A stretch of 64,000 bases of DNA from Spirochaetia bacterium (lineage in GTDB: Bacteria > Spirochaetota > Spirochaetia > CADAEX01): contig OY759746.1 of assembly GCA_963662795.1 (NCBI GenBank), forward strand, positions 160,001 to 224,000. Direction: 5' to 3'. Below the pieces are notes generated by a model, which was given only the letters and a program-made list of their open reading frames with translations, made no database searches and was not told the DNA's origin. The first letter of the stretch is position 1, and every line of letters begins with the position of its first letter. Both the position numbers and the translations under genes were made by a program. Below are positions 27,278 through 37,685 of this stretch, piece by piece.

Positions 27278-28228
27278 TTGAACAATACTACATCCGGCAA
27301 TGATCTTGATATTGTCAAAGAAATAATCAATTCCTCTATAAAAGGGTCAATACCTGTAATCAGGGAAAGTGTAGAATCATTGGTAAATTCAAACGGAAAA
27401 ATGCTCAGGCCTTCATTTTTAATTATTGCATCCAGACTGGGAACGCCTGACCCTGATAAAATTTACAAACTTGCCGCAGCTGTCGAGCTCCTGCACATAG
27501 CATCGCTTATTCATGACGACATTATTGATGATTCAGATAAAAGACGGGGGAAACCTGCCCTGCACAGGATATACGGCAGAAGAAACGCGGTACTGGTCGG
27601 CGACTATCTTTTTTCTAAAAGTTTTGCCCTGCTTGCAGCAAATACTTCGATAGAAAACGGCGCATCCATGGCGCGAATAATGGGAAGAATCTGTGAAGGA
27701 GAGATAAATCAGAATATTTCCATATTATCACAGGATTTTACAGTAAGGTCATATACCAGAAGGATAATGGCAAAAACAGCCCTTATGTTTATATTAAGTT
27801 TCCATATCGGTGCGGCTGAAAGCGGATGCAGCATGGAAATGCAGTCTGTTTTAAGAAAAATCGGCTACAACATAGGAATGAGCTTTCAGATAATTGATGA
27901 CATACTTGATTATACCGGCTCTGAAACACTGCTTGGGAAACCTTCGGGAAATGACCTTAAAGCAGGTATTTATACTGCCCCTTTAATCTTTGTGATGAAT
28001 AAAAACGACTCCATGCTTAAATATCTGGTGAAGAAAAAACCATATTCCCGCAGAACAATAATAAAAATTATCAAAAAAACTATTGAACTCGGCGGGATAG
28101 AAGAGGCTGAGGCCAGGGCAGCCCTTTATTCAAAACGGGCACTGAAAGAGATAAACTATCTCCCTGAAGGCTATACAAAAGTAACGCTTGGAAAATTGAC
28201 AGAGAATCTGCTCAACAGGGATTATTGA
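27278..28228 (+). CDS. Polyprenyl diphosphate synthase
   Basis: GKMLRP, HDDIIDDSDKRRG, GDYL, KTA, FQIIDDILD, GKPSGNDL; start uncertain (27218/27278). Confidence 0.92.
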   Translation: MNNTTSGNDLDIVKEIINSSIKGSIPVIRESVESLVNSNGKMLRPSFLIIASRLGTPDPDKIYKLAAAVELLHIASLIHDDIIDDSDKRRGKPALHRIYGRRNAVLVGDYLFSKSFALLAANTSIENGASMARIMGRICEGEINQNISILSQDFTVRSYTRRIMAKTALMFILSFHIGAAESGCSMEMQSVLRKIGYNIGMSFQIIDDILDYTGSETLLGKPSGNDLKAGIYTAPLIFVMNKNDSMLKYLVKKKPYSRRTIIKIIKKTIELGGIEEAEARAALYSKRALKEINYLPEGYTKVTLGKLTENLLNRDY

Positions 28229-28265
28229 TTAAGCACTAAAATCATCATACCTTGTTGAATAAATC

Positions 28266-29297
28266 TCATGGAAAACCAATCATTTTCTGCCTGTATTCAT
28301 CCCACAGTTTAAGTTTAATAAATGACAAGCTCTCCAAAAAGAAAACAGGTTTTCTCTCCTTCAGTTCAGGAACAGCCTCATAGCATTTTTTAAGCTGATA
28401 ATTGGGTATTTTAGGGCTAAGATGGTGTATATGGTGGAAACCTATACTGCCTGAGACCCACCTCATCAGGGCAGGCAGTTTATAAAAGGAAGAGCCTTCC
28501 ATTGCGGCGCGCAGCCGGTTCCAATTTTTTTTTCGGGCCCAGTATCCTCCAGGGAACTGATGCTGTACATAGAAAAGCCATATCCCTGCGGCCCCTGCAA
28601 GCCAGATAACCGGTATTTGAATTAAAAGATATGTTTTCCACCCCATAAGAAAAGATGCAGATATGGCAAGCGAGACAATCATCAGATTTGTGAATACCGT
28701 GCTTATCTTCTCCTTTCTCTTTACTGTCCTTGAGGGTAACCTGTTCTGGTAGAGGAATGTGAAGAGCGCACCCAGGCCGATCATTACAACCGGGTTACGG
28801 TAAAGTCTGTAAATCAGCTGCCCCGGTTTTGTCATATCCCTGTACTCATCAATTGTTATAGTCCAGATGTCGCCGAAGCCCCTTGCATCCAGATTGGCAT
28901 AGGAAGCATGGTGACGAAGATGGCAGAACCTCCAGTCCTCAAAAGAAGTAAAGACAAGTACGCCAAGAAGATAGCCCAATATGCTATTTGCCTGTTTTGA
29001 AGGAAAAAATGAACCGTGAACGCAATCATGAAATAATATAAATATCCGTACCAGAAAAGCTGCAGCCGGTACAGCAAGCAGCAGTGTATAAAAATACGGA
29101 TAACCCAGCTGTATTGAACGGACCATCAGATACCACATAAAAAAATAAGGAAGGAAAGTATTCAGAAGCTGCCATACTGACTTTATCCTCTCCGGATGCT
29201 GATATTTTTTAAGACCATTATACCAGTCCGGCCAAGCCTGACTCCCGGCTGATTTTTGTTCTCCGTGTTTTTCAGGAACTGACTCATTTGAAATCAT
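28266..29297 (-). CDS. Membrane fatty acid desaturase
   Basis: His boxes HDCVH, HLRHH, HHIHH; FYVQH; KIPNY. Confidence 0.9.
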   Translation of the reverse strand: MISNESVPEKHGEQKSAGSQAWPDWYNGLKKYQHPERIKSVWQLLNTFLPYFFMWYLMVRSIQLGYPYFYTLLLAVPAAAFLVRIFILFHDCVHGSFFPSKQANSILGYLLGVLVFTSFEDWRFCHLRHHASYANLDARGFGDIWTITIDEYRDMTKPGQLIYRLYRNPVVMIGLGALFTFLYQNRLPSRTVKRKEKISTVFTNLMIVSLAISASFLMGWKTYLLIQIPVIWLAGAAGIWLFYVQHQFPGGYWARKKNWNRLRAAMEGSSFYKLPALMRWVSGSIGFHHIHHLSPKIPNYQLKKCYEAVPELKERKPVFFLESLSFIKLKLWDEYRQKMIGFP

Positions 29298-29435
29298 ACT
29301 AAAATATATTATTATTCAGATTGGGAAAAATTGCCATAATTCCCTGATATTTATAATATATTTCATAATTAATTTGCCTGAACAAAGGTCTTTATATATA
29401 TTTTAATATATACGATTCCCAAACAGGAGAGAACA

Positions 29436-29663
29436 ATGAGTGTTATTATTTACAGTACGCCGTCCTGCGGCTACTGCAAGCTGGCAAAAGATTTTTTTCA
29501 AAAGAACAATGTAAAATTTACTGATTACAATGTAGCATCAGATCCTAAACGGGCTGAAGAAATGTCAAGGAAATCCGGGCAGATGGGTGTACCAGTAATA
29601 GATATCAACGGTAAAATTATAATAGGCTTTAATAAACCTGAAATCGAGAAAGCCTTAAAATAA
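29436..29663 (+). CDS. Glutaredoxin-like protein (YruB/NrdH type)
   Basis: YSTPSCGYC, SGQMGVPVI, IIGFN. Confidence 0.92.
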   Translation: MSVIIYSTPSCGYCKLAKDFFQKNNVKFTDYNVASDPKRAEEMSRKSGQMGVPVIDINGKIIIGFNKPEIEKALK

Positions 29664-29678
29664 CAGCTGTCTTTAAAT

Positions 29679-29716
29679 AAAAAAATGGGAACATAACTTT
29701 ACTGTTGTTCCCTTTT
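29679..29716. terminator. Bidirectional terminator-like hairpin
   Basis: A-run, GGGAACA...TGTTCCC, T-run between convergent genes. Confidence 0.6.
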
Positions 29717-29717
29717 A

Positions 29718-30896
29718 TTATTCCCCTTTTTGGGCTATTTTATATATCTCAACTGCATCATCCTTAAATATATGATAAAATTTACCCTGGGGGCCTTTGG
29801 CTGTACAACGATCTGCCATGAGCTCATACCTGGAAATATCCTCAGGAACACCCAGCTCGGAAAGCCTTACAGGAAGCCCTATTGTTACAAAAAACTTTTC
29901 CAGACGTTTTACCCCTTCAAGAGCTGTTTCTACCTCATCCCCGAATCCTGAAGGAACATCCCAGACATTTCTGGCATATCTGGCAAACAGAGCGGGCTTT
30001 TTGCGGCACACATACCTCATCCAGGCCAGTGTAATAACCGCAATCCCGGCACCATGCGTTACCCCGTACAAGGCGCTGAGTTCATGTTCAACCCTGTGTG
30101 TTCCGAAATCCCCGATTTTACCCATGCTCAGCAGGTCGTTATGTGCCAATGATCCTGAAAGCATAATCTGCGCTCTTGCGTTATAATCCGCAGGATTATC
30201 TTTAAGAACAAGCGCGTTTTTAATTATTGTCTTAAGCACTGCTTCGGTAAGGAGGTCTGTAAGATCGTTATCTTCGACATCCGTAAAATATCTTTCCTGA
30301 GCATGGCTCATCATATCAGCGATGCCGCTTGCAGTCTGATACTGAGGAAGCGTATATGTAAGCTCAGGATTCATTATTGCGAATGCAGGCCTGTATAAAT
30401 TGCTGTTAAGCCCGTTTTTAATAAGCCCATCTTCCTTTGTAATAACAGCACTCTGGCTTGTTTCGCTTCCCGCGGCTGAAATTGTAAGAATAACGCCTAT
30501 CGGAAGAGCTTTCTGCGCAACCGCTTTTCCTGAGAAGAAATCCCATACATCGCCTTCATAATAATAACCTATTGAAATTGCTTTGGCGGTATCAATAACG
30601 CTTCCGCCTCCGACAGCAAGTATAAAATCAATTTTTTCATTACGGCAGATTTCTATGCCTTTCTTCACATCAACCAGAACCGGATTCGGTTTAACACCGG
30701 AAAGCTCTGTGAAGAATAACTTTTCTGCCATAAGCGACTCTGTGACTGTTTTATAAAGGCCGGTTTTTTTAATGCTCCCGCCGCCGTAAACAAGAAGGAC
30801 ACGGCTGCCGAACCTGACTGATTCCCGTCCTGCCCTTTTTTCTGTATCTTTTCCGAAAATAACTTCTGTTTTGCACTGAAAATCAAAATCAATCAT
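29718..30896 (-). CDS. Iron-containing alcohol dehydrogenase (BdhA/B-like)
   Basis: YGGGSIKK, PNP, AVGGGSVID, DMMSH, HRVEHELS, THGAG. Confidence 0.93.
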   Translation of the reverse strand: MIDFDFQCKTEVIFGKDTEKRAGRESVRFGSRVLLVYGGGSIKKTGLYKTVTESLMAEKLFFTELSGVKPNPVLVDVKKGIEICRNEKIDFILAVGGGSVIDTAKAISIGYYYEGDVWDFFSGKAVAQKALPIGVILTISAAGSETSQSAVITKEDGLIKNGLNSNLYRPAFAIMNPELTYTLPQYQTASGIADMMSHAQERYFTDVEDNDLTDLLTEAVLKTIIKNALVLKDNPADYNARAQIMLSGSLAHNDLLSMGKIGDFGTHRVEHELSALYGVTHGAGIAVITLAWMRYVCRKKPALFARYARNVWDVPSGFGDEVETALEGVKRLEKFFVTIGLPVRLSELGVPEDISRYELMADRCTAKGPQGKFYHIFKDDAVEIYKIAQKGE

Positions 30897-30958
30897 TCAA
30901 TCAACCCTCCCGCGGCAATTATTTCTGCTATCTGCATAATTAAAATTGTGAGTATTTT

Positions 30959-32458
30959 TCAACACCAGTTGAGTGATCTTGAAACCGCCTTCTTCCATCC
31001 CGAATAAAGCTTTTCTCTTGTCTCTTTATCCATACCCGGTGTATATGATTTGCTTACTTTCCGGATATTTTTAAGAACTTTCGTATTTTCCCAGAAGCCT
31101 GATGCAAGTCCGGCAAGATATGATGCCCCCAGAGCCGTAGTTTCATGTGATGCGGGACGTGTAACAACCCTGTCCAGGATATCGCTCTGGAACTGCATCA
31201 AAAAATTATTCATGGAAGCCCCGCCGTCGACTCTTACGTCCGACAGAGGAATACCTGAATCGTTTTCCATTACAGAAAGCACATCACGGGTACTGTAGGC
31301 AATTGACTCAAGGGCAGCCCTTATAATGTGCTCGCGGTTCGCAGAACGGGTAAGTCCGATTATTGTCCCGCGGGCGCCCATATCCCAGTAAGGAGTTCCG
31401 AGTCCCTGAAAAGCGGGAACAAGATAAACCCCTGCAGTATTATCTACAGAAACCGCAGCTTCTTCAGTTTCCGAAGCTGTCTTTATAAGCTTAAGGTTAT
31501 CACGAAGCCACTGGACAACAGCCCCTGCCATAAACAGGCTCCCTTCGAGAGCGTATATTACCTTACCGTCAAGCCCCCATGCTATTGTGGTAAGCAGGCC
31601 GTTTGCAGAAGAGACAGGTTTTTCACCTGTATTCATCAGCATGAAACATCCGGTCCCGTAGGTGTTTTTCGCATCTCCTTTATCAAGACACATCTGCCCG
31701 AAAAGGGCGGCCTGCTGGTCGCCGGCAATGCCGCATACCGGTATTGAAAATCCTGCAACACTGTCTTCAATTTCACCGAATAACGAACTGGAAGGCCTGA
31801 CCCCGGGAAGCATTGAAGACGGGATGCCTAAAAGATCGAGAAGGTCCTCATCCCAGGAGAGTGTGTTGATATTGTAAAGCATTGTACGTGAAGCGTTTGA
31901 ATAATCTGTCGCGTGGACCTTCCTGCCTGTATAATTCCAGAGAAGCCAGGTGTCAATAGTACCGAAAAGAAGTTCGCCCCTTTCCGCCTTTTCCCTTGTG
32001 CCGGGAACATTATCGAGAATCCACTTTATTTTTGTTCCGGAAAAATATGCATCAACAACAAGTCCGGTTTTTGCCTTGATCCGGTCAGCATGGCCGCCCT
32101 TTTTCAGATCATCACATATGGCTGCAGTTCGTCTGCACTGCCAGACTATAGCGTTATAGACAGGTTTTCCTGTATTCCTGTCCCAGACTACAGTTGTCTC
32201 CCTCTGATTGGCAATCCCCGCGGCGGCAATATCTCCCGCACTGACGCCTGCGGATTTGATTACTTCTTTTATAACATCAGTCTGACATTGGAGAATCTCA
32301 AGCGGATCATGTTCCACATATCCTTCAGCCGGATATATCTGTGTAAATTCTTTTTGGGCTACTTTTCGTATAACCCCTTCCCTGTCAACCAGCAGGGCCC
32401 GTGAGCTTGTCGTTCCCTGGTCTATCGCAAGGACATATTTACTGTTTTTTTTATCCAT
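30959..32458 (-). CDS. glpK: Glycerol kinase
   Basis: [46 protein letters not shown]. Confidence 0.96.
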   Translation of the reverse strand: MDKKNSKYVLAIDQGTTSSRALLVDREGVIRKVAQKEFTQIYPAEGYVEHDPLEILQCQTDVIKEVIKSAGVSAGDIAAAGIANQRETTVVWDRNTGKPVYNAIVWQCRRTAAICDDLKKGGHADRIKAKTGLVVDAYFSGTKIKWILDNVPGTREKAERGELLFGTIDTWLLWNYTGRKVHATDYSNASRTMLYNINTLSWDEDLLDLLGIPSSMLPGVRPSSSLFGEIEDSVAGFSIPVCGIAGDQQAALFGQMCLDKGDAKNTYGTGCFMLMNTGEKPVSSANGLLTTIAWGLDGKVIYALEGSLFMAGAVVQWLRDNLKLIKTASETEEAAVSVDNTAGVYLVPAFQGLGTPYWDMGARGTIIGLTRSANREHIIRAALESIAYSTRDVLSVMENDSGIPLSDVRVDGGASMNNFLMQFQSDILDRVVTRPASHETTALGASYLAGLASGFWENTKVLKNIRKVSKSYTPGMDKETREKLYSGWKKAVSRSLNWC

Positions 32459-32503
32459 ATTTAAATCCTTTCAGATATTATGCCGGATTTGTAAAATAAG
32501 ATG

Positions 32504-33025
32504 TTACGCCTTGTAATAGCTCTCTCCGTATACGGCGAGTATTTCACCGAAATAGATTCGATGATAATCTTTTGCTGCGTATTTATCCAATATTGCGTTA
32601 TCGAGAAAATGAGAAGAATCCATATCCTGCCAGTAATTTTTTTTGCATTCGAAGACAAGTTCGGCCTCCTTGAAAGCAGGGGCCTCAACAATTTCCGAGT
32701 TTACAACAGTAAGACCGGACTCTTTAACCTTGTCCGAATCTCTTCCTGACTTGCTGCCGATTATCTGCATAGCCTCCCGGTACTGAAGGGGAAGAACAGA
32801 AACAGTAAAAGTGCTGTATTTTTCCATAAATTCAAAAGTGTAGCGCTGGGGACGCACAACAACCTGAATAAAAGGTTTGCCCCACATCGCACCAATGCTT
32901 CCCCAGCCGATTGTCATTGTATTATGATTATTCTTATCGCCTGATGTAAGCAGACACCATCTGTTAAGCCATAGGTTTATCGCATCAATTCTCAGATTTG
33001 TAGCTCCAATTCTGCTCCTGGCCAT
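32504..33025 (-). CDS. Flavin reductase-like protein
   Basis: NTMTIGWG, VRPQRYT, GSKSGRD, YHRIYFGEI. Confidence 0.9.
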   Translation of the reverse strand: MARSRIGATNLRIDAINLWLNRWCLLTSGDKNNHNTMTIGWGSIGAMWGKPFIQVVVRPQRYTFEFMEKYSTFTVSVLPLQYREAMQIIGSKSGRDSDKVKESGLTVVNSEIVEAPAFKEAELVFECKKNYWQDMDSSHFLDNAILDKYAAKDYHRIYFGEILAVYGESYYKA

Positions 33026-33144
33026 TTAAATCCTCCATTGCTTTATGTGAAAGTAATTAAATCTTATATAAACTATTGAATAAAACTACCTTATTCCATA
33101 TAAGGATATAAAAAATCCGATAAAAGGTAAACAGGATATTTATT

Positions 33145-33717
33145 ATGGATATAAAATCAATTTGTGTTTTCTGTGCTTCAAGTAATGGACGCAGCACTGT
33201 TTTTGCAGATAAAGCAGAGGAAACCGGAAAAATTATTGCAAAAAAAGGGATAAACCTTGTTTACGGAGGCGGCGGTGTCGGTCTGATGAAAGTAACTGCC
33301 CAGGCAGCACTTGACGGAGGGGCCAGGGTGACCGGAGTAATTCCGGAGCTGATCAGCAGGAAGGTAAGGCCCCTTGAAGGGGTAAAAACAATTGTTGTCG
33401 GATCAATGCATGAGAGAAAGAGGAAAATGTATGATCTTTCAGATGCTTTTATAGCCCTTCCCGGTGGAATCGGTACTATGGAAGAGCTTCTGGAAGTCTT
33501 TACATGGAAGCAGATCGGGTATCTTGCAAAACCTGTCGGAATACTCAACACGCATGGATATTACGACAGTCTCATATCACTTCTTGATAACGCGGTTTCC
33601 TGCGGATTTTTAAAACAGGAACAGAGGGACAGTCTTATTATTTCGGACGATCCTGAAGAACTCATTAATCTGATGGAAGAACATGAGCATCAGTATATAG
33701 ATAAATGGTCAAAATAA
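33145..33717 (+). CDS. LOG family nucleotide phosphoribohydrolase (TIGR00730-like)
   Basis: LVYGGG..GLM, MHERK, ALPGGIGTMEE. Confidence 0.93.
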   Translation: MDIKSICVFCASSNGRSTVFADKAEETGKIIAKKGINLVYGGGGVGLMKVTAQAALDGGARVTGVIPELISRKVRPLEGVKTIVVGSMHERKRKMYDLSDAFIALPGGIGTMEELLEVFTWKQIGYLAKPVGILNTHGYYDSLISLLDNAVSCGFLKQEQRDSLIISDDPEELINLMEEHEHQYIDKWSK

Positions 33718-33779
33718 CTGCATAATGGTGTATTATTTTGCTATCATATAATCAGGGATCTTAAAATGGGTTTTATTCA

Positions 33780-35384
33780 GTGATAAATAGTAAGGAACGG
33801 AAAATATACTATTATTTTTTTATAATTCTCATTGTTACAGGATCAATTCTGGCCGCAATTGCAGGTATAACAGCCAATACTGAATATACCGAATATGTCG
33901 AACAGTTAAAGAAAGATGAAGAGCTTAAGCTGACACTTCAGACATCTGTTTTAGACAGGAATTTCAATACGGTTTTATCAGAGTTGAGATTTCTGACTCA
34001 CCAGAATGAACTCACCAGCTATATTAACAGTAATGATAAAGAACAGATTCCAATGATTGCCAGGGAATATCTGCAGTTCAGCAGGGAAAAGGAAGTATAT
34101 GACCAGATCAGATTTTTGGATGATACAGGATACGAAATTATACGGATCAATTTCAATAACGGGAAACCTGAAATTACAGACAATCAGTTACTTCAGAATA
34201 AAAGTGACCGCTATTATTTTAAGGACACCATAAAGCTTGATCCGGGAGAAGTGTTTGTGTCCCCGCTGGACCTTAATATTGAAAACGGCGGGGTGGAGAG
34301 GCCATTCAAGCCTATGATCAGATTTGCTTCTCCTGTTGCTGACTCTTCAGGTAAAAAGAAGGGAATTGTAGTCCTCAACTACCTTGCCGACAGGATTATA
34401 GACATACTAAAGCAGTCATCATACATTTCTTACGGAAACTTCATGTTGATCAACTCTGAAGGGTACTGGCTCTACAATTCTGACAGGGAAAAGGAATGGG
34501 GATTTGTTTTACCTGAAAGGGAAAGCAGAAAATTCCCGGCATATTATCCTGAAGAATGGAAACAGATAACAGGTAAAAAAGAACTTCAGATACTTGATAA
34601 TAACGGATTATTTACAGTTTCAACTTTTTTTCCCCTTTTGAAAAATCAGATAAAAATCCGGAAACTGGAAGAATCAATTTATAACATGGATTTTGATAAA
34701 ACCGCATCAGAGTATTTCTGGAAACTCGTATCCCATGTTCCGTCTGAAGTACTTAAAACCGAAGAAAAAAGTATATTCAGGCATTACTTTTTGCTTGCTT
34801 TTATTTTTTTTCTATCAGCAGCTTTCCCTTCATGGCTTATCGCGAAAAGAATTGTAAATAAGAAAATTGACCAGTTAAAACTCTTTTATTCGGCTAATTT
34901 TGATAAATTAACCGGAATTCCCAACAGATCTTATTTCCTTAACACCTTGAAAAATATTATTATCGAGTCAGAAAGATATGAAAGAAAATTCGCGCTTCTG
35001 TTCATAGATCTGGACGGTTTTAAAGCTGTTAACGATTCCCAGGGTCATAAAGCCGGAGACAGTCTGCTTATTGAAGCTGCCGCAAGAATAAAAAATAATA
35101 TAAGGTCTTCAGATACTACGGCAAGATTTGGAGGAGATGAGTTCGCGGTAATTCTGAATTCGCTGACTACTCCTGTTACAGCTGAAATAGTTGCAAAAAA
35201 AATCCTTGAAACCCTGGCGGAACCGATTGATATAAACGGTAGAAAAAACTATATAGGCGCAAGTATCGGGATAAGTTTATATCCTGATAACGGCAAATCA
35301 AGTGATGAGCTTATCCAGAGAGCGGATGAGGCGATGTATTACGTCAAAAAAACCGGCAAACACAGTTACCGGTTTTATGTATAA
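33780..35384 (+). CDS. Cache-sensor diguanylate cyclase
   Basis: Two TM helices flanking YDQIRF..KSDRYYF..SPLDLN Cache; DLDGFKAVND..GH..GD, RxxD I-site, GGDEF intact. Confidence 0.93.
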   Translation: MINSKERKIYYYFFIILIVTGSILAAIAGITANTEYTEYVEQLKKDEELKLTLQTSVLDRNFNTVLSELRFLTHQNELTSYINSNDKEQIPMIAREYLQFSREKEVYDQIRFLDDTGYEIIRINFNNGKPEITDNQLLQNKSDRYYFKDTIKLDPGEVFVSPLDLNIENGGVERPFKPMIRFASPVADSSGKKKGIVVLNYLADRIIDILKQSSYISYGNFMLINSEGYWLYNSDREKEWGFVLPERESRKFPAYYPEEWKQITGKKELQILDNNGLFTVSTFFPLLKNQIKIRKLEESIYNMDFDKTASEYFWKLVSHVPSEVLKTEEKSIFRHYFLLAFIFFLSAAFPSWLIAKRIVNKKIDQLKLFYSANFDKLTGIPNRSYFLNTLKNIIIESERYERKFALLFIDLDGFKAVNDSQGHKAGDSLLIEAAARIKNNIRSSDTTARFGGDEFAVILNSLTTPVTAEIVAKKILETLAEPIDINGRKNYIGASIGISLYPDNGKSSDELIQRADEAMYYVKKTGKHSYRFYV

Positions 35385-35434
35385 TAAACAGGTAACTCAT
35401 AGTAATCAGGAGCAGTAATACTTACGGAGAAATA

Positions 35435-37039
35435 ATGAATCTTTCTGAATATATTATTGATTTTCTTAAACAGGTGTCTGTAGAGCATGTCTTCGGTATA
35501 TCAGGTGCGAGAATAGAAACCTTTTTCCATGAAATACACAAATCAGAAATAAATATATCCCTTGTAACAGCAAAACATGAATTCTCTGCTGCTGCCATGG
35601 CATCTTCCTATGCCTGGTCCGGAAAATCTTTAGGTGTTGTTTCAACAACATCCGGCGGGGCCGCCTACAATATCATACCTGCTCTTGCCGAGGCTTATTG
35701 CACCGGGACACCGCTTCTTGCGATTATAGGGCAGCCTGCCAATAACAGAAATCTGTACGGCGCATTTCAGGAAACAAGCGGATTAAGCGGGACACCTGAC
35801 CTTATTGCCTCTTTTAAACCTGTTTCAAGGTTCTGTGCAAAAATTGGTTCTGCTGATGAAATACCTGAAATCATAAAGCAGGTTTACAAATTGCTTATAC
35901 TGGAAAAATCGGGACCTGCCGTGCTATTGATCCCTGAAAACCTCTTCATCTGTGAAACCGGGGGAGGAATATTTGAATGGCCCCTCGGAAAACCGGACAG
36001 CGCCATTGCATCAAATACCAGCCGGCAGAGAATTTCCGCAGGAAGGACCGTGTTCATCGCCGGAAGAGATATTTTAAGGGCAGGAGCCAGGAACCAGTTT
36101 TCCGGTCTTGTAAAAAGAATGAGGTGTCCTTTGGTATCAGCCCCGGATGCAAAAGAAGTGTTTGATAATTTCAGCCCGCTTTACAGGGGGACAATCGGGG
36201 TTATGGGTAATCCGTCGGCCCATGAAGCTGTTGAAAGGGCTGATACGGTTATTATCGCTGGAACAGACATGAATGAAACAGCCACATACGGATTAAGGGA
36301 AATCTTAAGTAAAAAAAATATTCTATATGCAGGTAAACTCCCCGTTCATCTGACAAAATTCACTCATATCAGCAGATCAATAATGGATGGCATAAGATAT
36401 ATATCGGAAAATATTGAAGCTGAAGAGGAAGATATACATGGAGATATAACTTACCTTAACAGCACCGGCAGCCCTTATGCCAGGATAATGAAAATAATCG
36501 AAAAAGATATTGTTTCGCCTTCCAATATATCAGTTGATGCCGGTTATTCCGGAATATATGCAGTACACACAATGAAAATACCCGAAGGTTCATCATTTCA
36601 CATATCCCTTTCAACCGCCGGCATGGGGTACAGTTTTGGCGATATAATCGGCGCGGCTGTCGCAACCGGAAGGAAAGGATACCTTATCGCAGGGGATGGT
36701 TCTTTTTTCATGAACGGTTTTGAAATACACACAGCTGTGGAATTAAGCCTGCCTGTAATATTTATAATACTCGACAACAGCGGCCACAGAACATGCAGCC
36801 TGAGGGAAAAAATATATTTCAATGAAATCAGCGGCAGTAATGATTTCAGGGATATATGTATCGGTAAAGGATTTAATGAAATTTTCCCCTCACTTAAATC
36901 GGCAGATGTTCAGACACCAGAGGAGCTTGAATACATTTTAAAGGAAAACAGGGAGCTTGGTTCCCCGCTATTGATTTCCATAAAAATTGATAATGAGGAA
37001 ATACCCCCATACCTGCCTCTGTTTAATAAAAGGAGTTAA
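35435..37039 (+). CDS. Thiamine diphosphate-dependent enzyme (ALS/acyloin synthase-like)
   Basis: VFGISGA, KHEFSA (catalytic Glu), TSGG, GDGSFFMNG...DN ThDP motif. Confidence 0.88.
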   Translation: MNLSEYIIDFLKQVSVEHVFGISGARIETFFHEIHKSEINISLVTAKHEFSAAAMASSYAWSGKSLGVVSTTSGGAAYNIIPALAEAYCTGTPLLAIIGQPANNRNLYGAFQETSGLSGTPDLIASFKPVSRFCAKIGSADEIPEIIKQVYKLLILEKSGPAVLLIPENLFICETGGGIFEWPLGKPDSAIASNTSRQRISAGRTVFIAGRDILRAGARNQFSGLVKRMRCPLVSAPDAKEVFDNFSPLYRGTIGVMGNPSAHEAVERADTVIIAGTDMNETATYGLREILSKKNILYAGKLPVHLTKFTHISRSIMDGIRYISENIEAEEEDIHGDITYLNSTGSPYARIMKIIEKDIVSPSNISVDAGYSGIYAVHTMKIPEGSSFHISLSTAGMGYSFGDIIGAAVATGRKGYLIAGDGSFFMNGFEIHTAVELSLPVIFIILDNSGHRTCSLREKIYFNEISGSNDFRDICIGKGFNEIFPSLKSADVQTPEELEYILKENRELGSPLLISIKIDNEEIPPYLPLFNKRS

Positions 37040-37040
37040 T

Positions 37041-37685
37041 ATGAATATTCCGGAAATAAGCGTGATTGAAGGGCTTAAAAGGTTTGAAAACTGCGGCATA
37101 GATAAATTTCAGTCGGATCTCATGGAAATGACACATACAGTCTACAGACATGATGATGTATACGGAAATTTCTGTTCAATCCAGGCATACATCGACTGCC
37201 CTCCAGAAACTGTATTCAGCTATATGTCTGACATACACTCCCTTGAAGAATGGACCTACTCCTTAAGGATTTATAAAAAAGTGAAGAACGACCTTTATGA
37301 AGGGGTTGATCTGCTGGGGGAAGACAGCAGTATTTTCTGCCGTGTTGTATCAAACAAAGAGGCATTAACTGTTGATTACCATTGCGCATGGGACCAGGGA
37401 GAGGATCTCTGGATGATCTATCTTAACAGGATAGTACCTGCCGAACCGGTCCTTAAAAAACCGGGATCTGTAGTATTCTGGCAGAACTGCAGGCACCCTT
37501 ATTATGACAATAATCCATATCCTGAAAAAGCACCGCCCGGAAGAGTATGGGTGGGCGAGCTATGGGACTATTTTTACGCAGGGCATACTGTTGAGCTTGA
37601 TAACCTTAAAAAAATACTGGAATACAGGCATAAAAATAATTTTCCTGCCGGCCCCTATCCTGTAAATAAGGTTAATGAAGAATGA
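37041..37685 (+). CDS. SRPBCC/START-fold protein (polyketide cyclase-like)
   Basis: IDCPPETVFSYM..LEEW start and GHTVELDNLKKILE C-terminal helix; ATG 37041 with AAGGAG RBS. Confidence 0.75.
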   Translation: MNIPEISVIEGLKRFENCGIDKFQSDLMEMTHTVYRHDDVYGNFCSIQAYIDCPPETVFSYMSDIHSLEEWTYSLRIYKKVKNDLYEGVDLLGEDSSIFCRVVSNKEALTVDYHCAWDQGEDLWMIYLNRIVPAEPVLKKPGSVVFWQNCRHPYYDNNPYPEKAPPGRVWVGELWDYFYAGHTVELDNLKKILEYRHKNNFPAGPYPVNKVNEE

